Shown: piece after piece, positions 36,272 to 36,437 of the stretch
Layout of the letters: each line of letters starts with the position of its first letter
Position numbering within the stretch: the first letter of the stretch is position 1
Origin: Candidatus Magasanikbacteria bacterium CG_4_10_14_0_2_um_filter_41_10
GTDB taxonomy: Bacteria > Patescibacteriota > Patescibacteriia > Magasanikbacterales > UBA922
Direction of reading: 5' to 3'
DNA length: 36,437 bases
Assembly (NCBI GenBank): GCA_002792995.1
Contig: PFPJ01000064.1
Coordinates: 1-36,437 of the forward strand
Position numbers and translations under genes: made by a program
The notes under the pieces: model-generated
The model's database searches: none
What the model was told of the DNA's origin: nothing
What the model saw: the letters and a program-made list of their open reading frames with translations, nothing else

Positions 36272-36287
36272 ATTTATGATGCACAGC

Positions 36288-36325
36288 ACAAAAAACAATC
36301 CCGAATATTCGGGATTGTTTTTTGT
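36288..36325. terminator. Bidirectional rho-independent terminator after ppa
   Basis: ACAAAAAACAATCCCGA / TCGGGATTGTTTTTTGT: long perfect stem with a GC core, A-tract 5' and T-tract 3'. Confidence 0.7.
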
Positions 36326-36330
36326 TGAGA

Positions 36331-36437
36331 GAGGGGGGGCCGTCCAGCGTTGCATTACGCGTGGACGGCCGGTGGTCGATACATGGGGCTCTTACCTACG
36401 TTCACGTGGAAGGAATCGAAGACGATTATCATCCACC
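36331..36437. other. GC-rich structured segment of unknown identity, cut by the window edge
   Basis: Abrupt rise in G+C after the terminator. Hairpin GGCCGTCCA(GCGT-TGCATT-ACGC)G-TGGACGGCC at 36338-36370; GGTGG (36371-36375) complementary to CCACC (36433-36437). Alternatively the last 26 codons of a minus-strand ORF ending in TAA at 36357-36355. Confidence 0.3.

Noticed and set aside
36331-36437. Naming the GC-rich tail as tmRNA, SRP RNA, RNase P RNA or 5S rRNA
   Set aside because: The remembered signatures are absent on both strands: GGGG..GGATTCGAC for tmRNA, GGAAGCAGC for SRP, GAGGAAAGTCC for RNase P, CCGAAC..GAAGTGAAAC for 5S. It is kept only as an unassigned element.
1-36437. Search for CRISPR arrays, IS elements, integrases/recombinases, toxin-antitoxin pairs or restriction-modification genes
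   Set aside because: No direct-repeat arrays, transposase- or integrase-like ORFs or defence-type gene pairs were seen. The only mobile-looking element is the inverted-repeat cassette at 19411-19847.

Overview
AT-rich, tightly packed bacterial window read with the standard code (TGA terminates the genes ending at 3196 and 9786). Bases 1-28059 form one large surface-glycan biosynthesis locus. It holds a CDP-3,6-dideoxyhexose module: the E1 3-dehydrase RfbH/DdhC with its diagnostic Cys spacing, an RfbS/RfbJ-position reductase, and a CDP-paratose 2-epimerase-like enzyme. It also holds a GDP-mannose 3,5-epimerase-like enzyme, UDP-glucose 6-dehydrogenase, UDP-xylose synthase, further SDR epimerases, ten glycosyltransferases (GT2, GT4/GT-B, GT11) and an FkbM methyltransferase. 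A WbaP-type initiating phosphoglycosyl transferase lies on the opposite strand, and a 918-aa polytopic membrane protein is paired with a polyprenyl-phosphate GT2. No Wzx/Wzy/Wzz or ABC exporter is recognisable. Two things interrupt the locus: (i) a ~430-bp cassette carrying only a four-helix-bundle (23S-IVS/Avd family) gene enclosed by a 29-bp inverted repeat, and (ii) a signal-peptide repeat protein plus an S8 protease with FG-GAP-like repeats. Bases 28110-36271 are housekeeping: YtxH-like, PilT, class B PBP, tRNA-CAU, tRNA-Glu, HU, RNase Y, TruB, a SAM methyltransferase and inorganic pyrophosphatase. Window-wide signals are almost no Shine-Dalgarno motifs but a T immediately 5' of nearly every start codon, several near-consensus TTGACA-17-TATACT promoters, and a GC-rich structured tail at the 3' edge. 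The protein styles suggest an uncultivated, possibly CPR/Patescibacteria-like bacterium; that is inference only. All calls rest on motif recognition by eye, and no searches were run.
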